DNA of 64,000 nucleotides from an uncultured Bacilli bacterium (GTDB lineage Bacteria > Bacillota_I > Bacilli_A > RF39 > UBA660): assembly GCA_934149465.1 (NCBI GenBank), contig CAKPEZ010000002.1, forward strand, positions 88,758-152,757, written 5' to 3'. Each line of letters opens with the position of its first letter. Within the stretch, counting starts at the first letter, position 1. Below are positions 9,469 through 18,737 of this stretch, one piece after another. The position numbers and the translations under genes are program-made. The notes under the pieces are model-generated. The model saw nothing but the letters and a program-made list of their open reading frames with translations, searched no databases and was not told the origin of the DNA.

Positions 9469-11697
9469 ATGATAAAGTTAAAAAATGTCTCAAAATTTTA
9501 TTATAGTAAAGGCGTAGTAGCAAGCGGTTTTTCTAAAGTTAATTTAGAATTTAAAATAGGGGAATTTGTCGCTATTACAGGAGAAAGCGGAAGTGGTAAG
9601 TCAACTCTTTTAAATGTTATTAGTGGTCTTGATACTTATGAAGAAGGAGAAATGTATATAAATGGTGAAGAAACAAGCCATTATACTGAAAAGGACTTTG
9701 AAGATTATAGACGTAAGTATATAGGAAATATATTTCAAAATTTTAACTTAGTAAATAGCTATACTGTTTATCAAAATATTGAATTAGTTCTTCTTTTAAA
9801 TGGAAAAAAGAAAAAAGAAATAAAAAATGATGTGCTAGATCTTATTAGAAAAGTTGATTTATATCGTTTTCGTAATACTAAAGTATCTAAATTATCAGGA
9901 GGACAAAAACAAAGAGTAGCAATTGCAAGAGCACTTGCTAAAGATACTCCTATTATAATAGCAGATGAACCAACAGGAAACTTAGATAGTAAATCAGCAT
10001 CTAGCATAATAAAGTTACTAAGTGAAATTGCTAAAGATAAACTAGTAATTATTGTAACTCATAACTACGAACAAGTAGAACCATATGTAACAAGAAAAAT
10101 AAAAATGCATGATGGAAGTGTTTTAGAAGATAAAGTAATTAGAAAAGTAAATACTAAAGAAGAAATAAAAGATAATCTAACTTATCATAATATTACTTTT
10201 TTAAATAAGATAAGATTAGGAATAAGAAATGCTTTTAATATAGTACCTAAGTTTTTATTAGTACTTTTAGTATATCTTTTTGTAACAGTTTCTCTTATTT
10301 CTGAGTATGCTTCTTTTAAACATGATGAATATTTAGCATCTAAAAGTGGGTATAATAATATTTTTCAAGAATTAAGTGATAAAAGAATAATCATTAAAAA
10401 GAAAGATCAAACTCCATTTACTAATGAAGAATATCAAGATATTAAAAAATTAGCTAATGTAAAAAGCGTAATAGAAAATGATTTATTATTAGATACTAGT
10501 TTTTATCTTAGTGATAATGAAAATTTATGGCTTAATAGTCAGTTTTTAGATCTTGAACTTTATCATGAAGGTGATTTAGATTTAGGAAGAATGCCAGAAA
10601 GCGATAATGAAATAATTATTAAAGGAAGCAAAGATGATTATTATATTGGAGATAATGGGAAAGATATCTTAGATAAAGAAGTATATCTTCAAAATAATTA
10701 TACTGGGGAATTAAATAAAGATCTTCCTTTAAAAATAGTTGGAATTAAATATGAAGAAAACGCTAATTATTATTCAATTCAAACAGCATATGCTAATAAA
10801 AAGATAATGACCAAGATATCTTTTCAAAATAACGAACAATATAGTAAGATGAAAGTCTTATTTGAAGATAAGTATTATACTTCTAGTTATAATAATCCAT
10901 ATTTTAAGATAATAAAAAATAATAATGTTCCTTCTGGAAGTGTATATGTATCTGAAGATTTAAATTATTCTTGTCCTAAAGAAAAATGCTTAGGAGAACC
11001 ATTGAAAATAGAAGTATCTAACTTATATTATTATGATTCAGCTTATTTAACAGTAAAAAACATTTATAATAATAAAAATATTAAATCTTTACTTGGAATA
11101 GATGATTATGATAATGTAAATGGAGCAATCTTTATAAGTGAGGAAGATTATAATAAACTATTTAATAAAGATAACTATCAAAGTAGTGTCTTTGTATCAA
11201 ATGTAAATGATATAGATAAGACAGCCACTTCTTTAGAAGAGATGGGATATAAAACATTAAAAATAAAAGATACTCTTGTTAGTGATGGAACAACACAGAT
11301 GATTAGAATATTAAAAACAGTAGTAATTGTCATCTTAGTAATAACTTTATTCTTTATTTCATATTTCGTAATTAGAATAATCTTAAAATCTAGAAATGTT
11401 TACTTTTCAATTATTAGGATGCTTGGAGCGACTAAAAAAATTTCTAAGCAATTATTGGTAATAGAATTATTTACTGTCTATAACATAGCATATTTTTCTT
11501 TTATGATTTTTCTTCTTTTAGGAAAATTTAATATAATAAATGTTAACTTTGTCTCAACTATATTAACTTATTTAAAGTTTAATGACTATGTACTATTATA
11601 CTTAATCTTACTTGGTATGTCTTATTTAATTAGTCAAAAATTTGCTAAAAAGTTATTTAAAAATAGTGCTACATCAACTTTGAAAGAGGAGGTATAA
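9469..11697 (+). CDS. Fused ABC transporter ATPase + FtsX-type permease (MacB-like)
   Basis: Walker A GESGSGKST, signature LSGGQKQR, Walker B IIIADEPTGNLD, H-loop VTHN. C-terminal half has one TM, a large extracytoplasmic domain, then a 3-TM FtsX domain. Confidence 0.8.
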   Translation: MIKLKNVSKFYYSKGVVASGFSKVNLEFKIGEFVAITGESGSGKSTLLNVISGLDTYEEGEMYINGEETSHYTEKDFEDYRRKYIGNIFQNFNLVNSYTVYQNIELVLLLNGKKKKEIKNDVLDLIRKVDLYRFRNTKVSKLSGGQKQRVAIARALAKDTPIIIADEPTGNLDSKSASSIIKLLSEIAKDKLVIIVTHNYEQVEPYVTRKIKMHDGSVLEDKVIRKVNTKEEIKDNLTYHNITFLNKIRLGIRNAFNIVPKFLLVLLVYLFVTVSLISEYASFKHDEYLASKSGYNNIFQELSDKRIIIKKKDQTPFTNEEYQDIKKLANVKSVIENDLLLDTSFYLSDNENLWLNSQFLDLELYHEGDLDLGRMPESDNEIIIKGSKDDYYIGDNGKDILDKEVYLQNNYTGELNKDLPLKIVGIKYEENANYYSIQTAYANKKIMTKISFQNNEQYSKMKVLFEDKYYTSSYNNPYFKIIKNNNVPSGSVYVSEDLNYSCPKEKCLGEPLKIEVSNLYYYDSAYLTVKNIYNNKNIKSLLGIDDYDNVNGAIFISEEDYNKLFNKDNYQSSVFVSNVNDIDKTATSLEEMGYKTLKIKDTLVSDGTTQMIRILKTVVIVILVITLFFISYFVIRIILKSRNVYFSIIRMLGATKKISKQLLVIELFTVYNIAYFSFMIFLLLGKFNIINVNFVSTILTYLKFNDYVLLYLILLGMSYLISQKFAKKLFKNSATSTLKEEV

Positions 11698-11699
11698 AA

Positions 11700-14153
11700 A
11701 TGATAGAACTACGAAATGTAAATAAATATTTTAATAAAGGTAGAAAAAACGCTATTCATGTAATTAATAATACTTCTTTAACTTTAGAAAATAATGGATT
11801 AGTTGCACTATTAGGAAATTCTGGTTCAGGAAAAACAACTCTTTTAAATGCAATTGGTGGCTTAGATAACGTTCAAAGTGGAAGTATTTATATAGATGGT
11901 CAAAAATTAAATTCTAAGTTAGTATATAAAACAGATAAAATTCGTAATTTAAATATAGGTTATATTTTTCAAGATTATAAATTAATAGATAATCTAAGTG
12001 TATATGATAATGTTGCACTTGTTTTAACAATGATTGGCATTAAAAATAAGGATGAAATAAATAAAAGAGTATCTTATGTCCTTGATAAAGTAGGTATGCT
12101 AAGATACAAAAAAAGACCAGCTGGAATGTTATCTGGTGGTGAAAGGCAAAGAGTAGGTATAGCAAGAGCACTTGTAAAAGATCCAAATATCATTCTAGCA
12201 GATGAACCAACAGGTAATCTAGATAGTAAGAATTCTTTAGAAATTATGAAAATAATTAAAGCTATTTCTAAAGAAAGACTAGTAATATTAGTAACTCATG
12301 AACAAGCTTTAGCAAAATTCTATGCTTCTAGAATTATTGAAATAAAAGATGGAACTATTACTAATGATTATCTAAATGAACACGCAGATACTCTTGATTA
12401 TGAAATAGATAATTGTTTCTATTTAAAAGATTTTTCTTCTAAAGAAAATCTTTCAAATAAAGATTATAATATAAATATTTATTCAGAAGTTAAAGAAAAG
12501 ATTAACTTAGATATAGTTTTAAAAAATGGAAATATTTATATAAAAAGTAAAAATAAAGAGAAAATAGAAGTAATAGATGATAATTCTAATATCGAATTTA
12601 TTGATGATCACTACCGAAAAATTAATAAAGAAGATATTTTGAATTATGATTTTGATTTAAAGAAAGTAATTAATTCTAATGAGAAAAAAAGATATTCTTC
12701 TATCTTTAATCCACTTACTTTAATTATAAATGGTTTTAAAAAAGTATTTGCATTTTCTTTTTTAAAGAAAATCTTATTAGGAGGATTCTTCTTATCTGGA
12801 ATATTTATTATGTATGCTGTTAGTAGCATCTTTGCTTCACTAAATGTTAAAGATGAAGATTTTGTAAAAATAAATAGAAATTATTTAACAATAGTTACTA
12901 ATAATATTAAAGTAGAAGATTTTCTTGGATATGAAAAGAAAGATAATATTAAATACTTAATACCAGGATCATCTATTGTTAATTTAAAAGTAAAATATGA
13001 TGATTACTATCAAACAAGTAAAGTACTAGATAATATAAAAGCATCATTATCAGATATCTCAATGATAAAAGAAGAAGAATTAATATATGGAAGAATGCCA
13101 GAAAATAATCATGAAATTGTTCTTGATGAATTAAGTATAAAAAAGACTTATGAAAAAAACAATGCCAAAATGGCTGGACTTACTAAAGTATCAGACATGC
13201 TAGATAGACTAATCTATATAGATCATATGGAACCTTTTAAAATAGTTGGAATAGTAAGATTAAATAGTCCATCTGTCTATGTAGAAAGAGGTGAGTTTAC
13301 TAATATTATTGCTAATAGCCCTTCTTCTTCTGAGATAGATGATGGTTTCTTACTAGAAGAAGCAAGAAGCGATTATTATAATACTACTTCTATAGTTGAT
13401 TATGATTTATATAAAGAAGTAATTTCTTTAAAAGAAGGAAGAGCACCTCAAAATGATTATGAAGTAATAGTAAATATTGATAATAAATATGATATGCCCC
13501 TTAACAAAGAAATATCTTTAACTGTAAATGATCAAAAACTAAAAGTAGTAGGATACTATACTAGTAGTGAGAACTATAATTACTATTTAGTTAATAATAA
13601 TACAATAAAATATCTAAATATAAGAAATGCTTCTAATATTACAGTTTATACTGATAATAAAGACGCTACTATTAATGAGTTTAGAAATCTTAACTTAAAT
13701 ATTCGAGATAGCTATGAACAAAGCAAAAGTGAATATTTAGAAGCTAATAAAGAAAATGTTCGTAATACTTTGATTGTATCTGGAATAATTTTGCTTATTT
13801 CATTAGTAGAAATATTCTTAATGATTAGATCTTCGTTCTTATCTCGAATTAAAGAAATTGGAATTTATAGGGCAATAGGCGTTAAGAAAAGTGATATATA
13901 TAAAATGTTTTATGGAGAAATATTTGCAATTACAACTTTAGCATCATTACCAGGACTTATCTTTATGGCATATATCCTAAGCGTTATTTCTTCAATAAAA
14001 TTTTTATCAAGAATGTTCCTTATTAATCCTGGTATTATAATTATTTCTATAATCTTTATTTATTTGTTTAACTTAATTGTTGGGCTAATACCAGTATTTA
14101 CAACTATTAGAAAAACACCTGCGCAAATATTAGCACGTCATGATTTAGATTAG
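11700..14153 (+). CDS. Second fused ABC ATPase + FtsX permease (MacB-like), translationally coupled to the first
   Basis: GNSGSGKTT, LSGGERQR, ILADEPTGNLD, VTHE. C-terminal FtsX-like TM region. Starts 3 nt after the upstream stop. Confidence 0.8.
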   Translation: MIELRNVNKYFNKGRKNAIHVINNTSLTLENNGLVALLGNSGSGKTTLLNAIGGLDNVQSGSIYIDGQKLNSKLVYKTDKIRNLNIGYIFQDYKLIDNLSVYDNVALVLTMIGIKNKDEINKRVSYVLDKVGMLRYKKRPAGMLSGGERQRVGIARALVKDPNIILADEPTGNLDSKNSLEIMKIIKAISKERLVILVTHEQALAKFYASRIIEIKDGTITNDYLNEHADTLDYEIDNCFYLKDFSSKENLSNKDYNINIYSEVKEKINLDIVLKNGNIYIKSKNKEKIEVIDDNSNIEFIDDHYRKINKEDILNYDFDLKKVINSNEKKRYSSIFNPLTLIINGFKKVFAFSFLKKILLGGFFLSGIFIMYAVSSIFASLNVKDEDFVKINRNYLTIVTNNIKVEDFLGYEKKDNIKYLIPGSSIVNLKVKYDDYYQTSKVLDNIKASLSDISMIKEEELIYGRMPENNHEIVLDELSIKKTYEKNNAKMAGLTKVSDMLDRLIYIDHMEPFKIVGIVRLNSPSVYVERGEFTNIIANSPSSSEIDDGFLLEEARSDYYNTTSIVDYDLYKEVISLKEGRAPQNDYEVIVNIDNKYDMPLNKEISLTVNDQKLKVVGYYTSSENYNYYLVNNNTIKYLNIRNASNITVYTDNKDATINEFRNLNLNIRDSYEQSKSEYLEANKENVRNTLIVSGIILLISLVEIFLMIRSSFLSRIKEIGIYRAIGVKKSDIYKMFYGEIFAITTLASLPGLIFMAYILSVISSIKFLSRMFLINPGIIIISIIFIYLFNLIVGLIPVFTTIRKTPAQILARHDLD

Positions 14154-14180
14154 AAAGACTAAAAAAAGTCTTTCTTTTTT
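14153..14180 (+). terminator. Rho-independent terminator
   Basis: GAAAGACT-A7-GTCTTTC followed by a T-run. Confidence 0.6.
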
Positions 14181-14255
14181 ACACATGCTTTACTAAATTT
14201 ATTTATATATTAAAATAAAAATGCTATAATATACTTAATAAATTAGGAGGTAAAT

Positions 14256-16034
14256 ATGAAACTAACAGGAAAGCCATCAATTGATAAGCCATGGCTACAA
14301 TATTATCCAGAAGAATCTATTAACGAAGAGATTCCATATGAAAATATCTATACTGCACTAGTAAGAGAAAATAAAAATTTTAAAACTATTACAGCACTTA
14401 ATTATTTTGGAAGAAAAATAACTTATGAGGAAATGTTTAAAAATATTGATGATGCATCTAGAGCATTAATTGCGTTTGGAGTAAAAAAGGGAGATGTAGT
14501 AACTATTATTTCTCCAACGTTACCAGAAACATCTTATATATTTTTAGCACTTGCTAAAATTGGAGCAATTTCTAATATGGTTGATCCAAGGACAAGTCCT
14601 GAGGGAATAGAAGAATATATAAAAGAAGCAGAATCTAAATTAATATTTATTATTGATAGTTATGCTTATAAATTAAAAAATTTAAAAAATAAAGCTGAAA
14701 TTCAAGATATTATTACTTTTTCACCAAGTGATTCATTACCATTTGGTTTAAAAATGGGCTATGAATTAAAAACATTTCTTGAAAAGAAAAAAGGAGATAC
14801 ACCTTTAATGGAAGATGTTATTCCTTGGAAAAAATTTATTTCTAAGAAAGATGATATTAATATAGATTATCAATTTGAAGAAGTAGATGCTTCACTACCA
14901 GCAGTTATTGAACATACGGGAGGTACTACAGGAACACCTAAAGGAGTATTATTATCTCATTATAATCTTCTTTCAACTGCCTATCAATGTATCTATGCTG
15001 GATTTGACTTTCAAAGAAAGCAAACTTGGCTTAATATAATGCCTTTATTTATTGCTTATGGAGCAGGAAATGGTTTTTTACTTCCATTATTATGTGGAAT
15101 GGAAGTAATCTTAATACCAGCATTTGATCCAAATAAATTTGCAAATCTATTAAATAAATATAAACCTAATCATATGATAGGGGTACCATCACATTATGGA
15201 CATATTATAAAAAGTCCACTTTTAGCTAAAGCAGATTTAAGTTATGTAATAGCGCCTACTGTTGGTGGAGATGGAATGGATAAAAAACTTGAAATAGAAG
15301 TAAATGACTTTTTAGAAAAACATAACTGTCCATATAAGATTGTAAAAGGCTATGGAATGACTGAAGTAAATGCTGCAGTAGCGGCTTGCAATTCTAACGA
15401 ATCTAATACTTTAGGTAGCGTTGGTATTCCCTTTCCTCAAACAACTATTTCAATCTTTGCTCCTGGGACAACTAAAGAGTTAGGATATAACGAAGAAGGA
15501 GAAGTATGTATTACTGGGCCAAATACAATGCTTGGTTATTGGAAAAATCAAAAAGCTACAGATGATATAATTTGGCAACACGAAGATGGAAAAAAATGGG
15601 TACATTCTGGAGATTTAGGTTATATAAACGAAAACGGTCAACTATTTATAATGGGACGTATTAAGAGAATGATTGTTCGTCATGATGGATTTAAGATATT
15701 CCCACCTAAAATTGAAGAAATAATAAGTGAAATACCAGCAATATCTTCTTGCCAAGTAGTTGGATTTAAAGATTTAGCATATGCTCAAGGTGAATTACCA
15801 ATGGTTCATGTTATCTTGAAAGAAGAATACCGTGGTATGGAAGAAGAAGTAAAAAGCTTAATAATGAGGATTTGTCATGAAAAACTTCAAGAATATGCTA
15901 TTCCATATGATGTAGTATTTGAAGAGAAATTCCCTTTAACTCTTCTTGGTAAAATAGATTTTAAGAAATTATCAGATGAAGATAATGAAAGAATGGCTAA
16001 AGCAGCACCTAAGAAGTTAACAAAAACGAAATAA
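14256..16034 (+). CDS. AMP-dependent synthetase / acyl-CoA ligase (FadD-like)
   Basis: TGGTTGTPKGV AMP-binding core motif, YGMTE, GDLGY. 592 aa. Confidence 0.8.
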   Translation: MKLTGKPSIDKPWLQYYPEESINEEIPYENIYTALVRENKNFKTITALNYFGRKITYEEMFKNIDDASRALIAFGVKKGDVVTIISPTLPETSYIFLALAKIGAISNMVDPRTSPEGIEEYIKEAESKLIFIIDSYAYKLKNLKNKAEIQDIITFSPSDSLPFGLKMGYELKTFLEKKKGDTPLMEDVIPWKKFISKKDDINIDYQFEEVDASLPAVIEHTGGTTGTPKGVLLSHYNLLSTAYQCIYAGFDFQRKQTWLNIMPLFIAYGAGNGFLLPLLCGMEVILIPAFDPNKFANLLNKYKPNHMIGVPSHYGHIIKSPLLAKADLSYVIAPTVGGDGMDKKLEIEVNDFLEKHNCPYKIVKGYGMTEVNAAVAACNSNESNTLGSVGIPFPQTTISIFAPGTTKELGYNEEGEVCITGPNTMLGYWKNQKATDDIIWQHEDGKKWVHSGDLGYINENGQLFIMGRIKRMIVRHDGFKIFPPKIEEIISEIPAISSCQVVGFKDLAYAQGELPMVHVILKEEYRGMEEEVKSLIMRICHEKLQEYAIPYDVVFEEKFPLTLLGKIDFKKLSDEDNERMAKAAPKKLTKTK

Positions 16035-16042
16035 GAATACGA

Positions 16043-16067
16043 AAAACGACAAAAGTCGTTTTTTTTA
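16043..16067 (+). terminator. Rho-independent terminator
   Basis: AAACGAC-AAAA-GTCGTTT followed by T8. Confidence 0.6.
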
Positions 16068-16130
16068 AGTTTAGTATCGCTAAAAAGACAAGCCTATGAT
16101 ATAATAAAATATATAATAGGAGGCGGTTAT

Positions 16131-17960
16131 ATGCAAATAGGAGTTACAGTAATTTGTTGTAGCTTATTATATAGTATTATGGTAGGAATAGTATATTTCT
16201 TAAAACCTAAAGTAAATAATACTGAAAATAAAATTTATAGTTTCTTAATGAAAATAAATATCTTTGGACTTTTCTTAGAACTTGGTTGTTGTTTTTTCGT
16301 TTATAACAAAGATATATCTTCATTCTATTCAACAATGAATATTTTCATAAATAAAGCATTTTTAATTTATTTATTGTTATGGGAATTTACCTTTACATTT
16401 TATACATTCTATATTTCATTTAGTAGAAACGAAAAATTTAAACAACTATATAAGAATAATAAAGATAAAATTCTTCTTGGAATAGGAATAGCTTATTTCT
16501 TAGTTTTACTCTTAGTAGTAGGACTCCCATTATATTACTGTAATGAAGGAGGATATGTTTATTCTTATGGACCTGCTACTGATATATTATTTATAGTAGG
16601 AGGAATATCTATCTTAGTAGATAATTTCTGTGTATTTAAAAATTTTAAAAAAGTAGCAACTAAGAAATACTATCCATTATTTATTTTAATTTTATTAATG
16701 ATTTTAGTTTTTGTTATTAGAGAGATAAACCCTGGATTAATAGTAATCAATTCAGTATTTGCATTTGTTACAGTACTTATGTACTTTACTATTGAGAATC
16801 CTGATTTACAATTAGTTGATGAACTTATTAGAAATAGAGAAATAGTAGAGAAATCAATTGAAGATAAATCAACATTTTTATTTAAGATGACTGAAGAAGT
16901 TAGAAATCCTCTTAAGAAGATTATTGATAATATAGATTCTTATAATATTACTGATGATCCTAAAGATAAGGAATTATATATTGATAATGTCTTAGAAAAT
17001 GCGAATAATTTAACTTTTATAGTTAATAATATCTTAGATATTAGTAATATGGATATCAATAATATTAGAATTACTAATAGTATTTATAATGCTTATACTT
17101 TCTTTGAAGATATAAGAAAGAAAACACTTCCTGAAACTAAGAAGAAAAATTTAGAATTTCGCTATGAAGTAAGTAATAATTTACCTAAATTTCTTTATGG
17201 AGATAACGTTAAATTAAAACAAGCTATAATGTCAATTATCTTAAATGCAGTAAAACATACTACTACAGGATTCGTTGATGTTGATGTTAATACAATTATT
17301 CGTTATGATATCTGTAGATTAATTATCTCAGTAAAAGATTCTGGATGTGGAATGAGTCTTGAAAAAATAAATAATATCTTAAATCAAAAAGGAGAACTTA
17401 CTAAAGGAGATTTAGCTAAGCTTAATAAAGTTGATGTTGATTTAACCGTAGCGCTTAAAATAATTAAAATATTAAATGGTAATGTTCATATAAAAAGTAA
17501 ACTTGGGGAAGGTACTGAATTTACAATAGTACTTGATCAAAAAATAGATTTACCTAAAAATAATATTTTAGATATTAAAAAATATGATTATGCAATTGGT
17601 AAGAAGATATTACTAGTAGATGATAAATTAGATGAAATAAGAAAAATAGAAGATTTACTTACTACTTCTTCTAAAGATGTTATTAATTTAGCCATGTTAG
17701 GATCAGAATGTATTGAAAAGATTAAAGCTGGTGAAAAATATGATTTAATTATTATCAATGATGAATTAAGACCGGTAAATGCTCTTCCTACTTTGCAAAA
17801 GTTAAAAGAAATAAAGAGATTTAATACTCCAGTAGTAGTGCTTTTAGATAAGAATAAAGAGTTTATTAAAAGACATTATTTAGAAGATGGTTTTGATGAT
17901 TATATTTTAAGAAGTAATTTAGAAGAAGAAATAAAAAGAATAATTGATAAATATTATTAA
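16131..17960 (+). CDS. Membrane hybrid sensor-kinase homolog with degenerate phospho-sites (Glu replaces the H-box His) and a C-terminal receiver-like domain
   Basis: 6-7 N-terminal TM helices. DHp H-box reads MTEEVRNPL instead of SHELRTPL. N box NAVKHT, G1 DSGCGM and G2 GEGTEF are intact. C-terminal LLVDD...IIINDELRP receiver-like domain lacks the conserved Thr and Lys. Confidence 0.65.
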   Translation: MQIGVTVICCSLLYSIMVGIVYFLKPKVNNTENKIYSFLMKINIFGLFLELGCCFFVYNKDISSFYSTMNIFINKAFLIYLLLWEFTFTFYTFYISFSRNEKFKQLYKNNKDKILLGIGIAYFLVLLLVVGLPLYYCNEGGYVYSYGPATDILFIVGGISILVDNFCVFKNFKKVATKKYYPLFILILLMILVFVIREINPGLIVINSVFAFVTVLMYFTIENPDLQLVDELIRNREIVEKSIEDKSTFLFKMTEEVRNPLKKIIDNIDSYNITDDPKDKELYIDNVLENANNLTFIVNNILDISNMDINNIRITNSIYNAYTFFEDIRKKTLPETKKKNLEFRYEVSNNLPKFLYGDNVKLKQAIMSIILNAVKHTTTGFVDVDVNTIIRYDICRLIISVKDSGCGMSLEKINNILNQKGELTKGDLAKLNKVDVDLTVALKIIKILNGNVHIKSKLGEGTEFTIVLDQKIDLPKNNILDIKKYDYAIGKKILLVDDKLDEIRKIEDLLTTSSKDVINLAMLGSECIEKIKAGEKYDLIIINDELRPVNALPTLQKLKEIKRFNTPVVVLLDKNKEFIKRHYLEDGFDDYILRSNLEEEIKRIIDKYY

Positions 17961-17963
17961 AAA

Positions 17964-17997
17964 AAGATGTTCCTTAAAAAAAGAAACATCTTTTTTA
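17964..17997. terminator. Bidirectional terminator between the kinase homolog and the convergent tetR gene
   Basis: AAGATGTT-N13-AACATCTT with T-runs on both sides. Confidence 0.5.
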
Positions 17998-18594
17998 TTT
18001 TAATAAAGATTTAATCGCATCAAATAAGTAGGGCTTATATTCATTAATTGGAAGTGGTTCTTTTTTTACTATTGAAGTAAAACAAGTAGAACTAACTAAT
18101 TCTACGATTATAAAAAAAGTTACTTCTGGATTTTTTAATTTAATTTTACTTTTTTTTAAGCCATCAATAAAATGATTATATAATCCTAAACTTTCACTTT
18201 CCATCAAATTAGAAAGATTCTTACTATAAATTCCTAAAGACATATTCTTGCCAATTAATTTTAAAAGAAGCGGTTTAGTAGCAAGTTCATCAATTATATA
18301 ATTAATTACAAAATTCATTTGCTTTTCAAAATCAGTAATATTTTCTTTTTTTAAATGAATAATCGCATCATTAAATAATTGATGTGATTTATTTATAATA
18401 ATGTGGTTCTGTAAATCATATTTATCTTTAAAATAAAGATAAAATGTTCCTTTAGCAATCTTTGCTTCATCGACGATATCCTGTATTGAAGTATCTTTAA
18501 TATCTTTTTTACCAAGTAGGGTATAACCAGCATCTAATAATTTTCTCTTTTTTTCTAGTTTACCTTCTTCTACTTTTGATAGCTCTTTATCCAT
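17995..18594 (-). CDS. TetR/AcrR-family transcriptional regulator
   Basis: N-terminal HTH TSIQDIVDEAKIAKGTFYLYFKDKYDL. 199 aa. Divergent from an MMPL transporter gene. Confidence 0.8.
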   Translation of the reverse strand: MDKELSKVEEGKLEKKRKLLDAGYTLLGKKDIKDTSIQDIVDEAKIAKGTFYLYFKDKYDLQNHIIINKSHQLFNDAIIHLKKENITDFEKQMNFVINYIIDELATKPLLLKLIGKNMSLGIYSKNLSNLMESESLGLYNHFIDGLKKSKIKLKNPEVTFFIIVELVSSTCFTSIVKKEPLPINEYKPYLFDAIKSLLK

Positions 18595-18676
18595 TATCTA
18601 TCACCTCACACTAATTTTAATTCAAAATAAGAAAATAGTCAATTTTCTTTTTAATAAGCATAATATAAATAGGGTA

Positions 18677-18725
18677 TTGACTAACGGTCATTGTTATGAT
18701 AGAATTAAAAATGACCGTTGGTCAT
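18677..18725. promoter_or_regulatory. Two palindromic TetR-type operator candidates overlapping the MMPL promoter
   Basis: TTGACTAACGGTCATT (18677-18692) and AATGACCGTTGGTCAT (18709-18725) are inverted copies of one another (14/15). The first overlaps a TTGACT -35 and flanks TATGATAGAAT. Confidence 0.4.
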
Positions 18726-18737
18726 AAGAGGTGAAAT

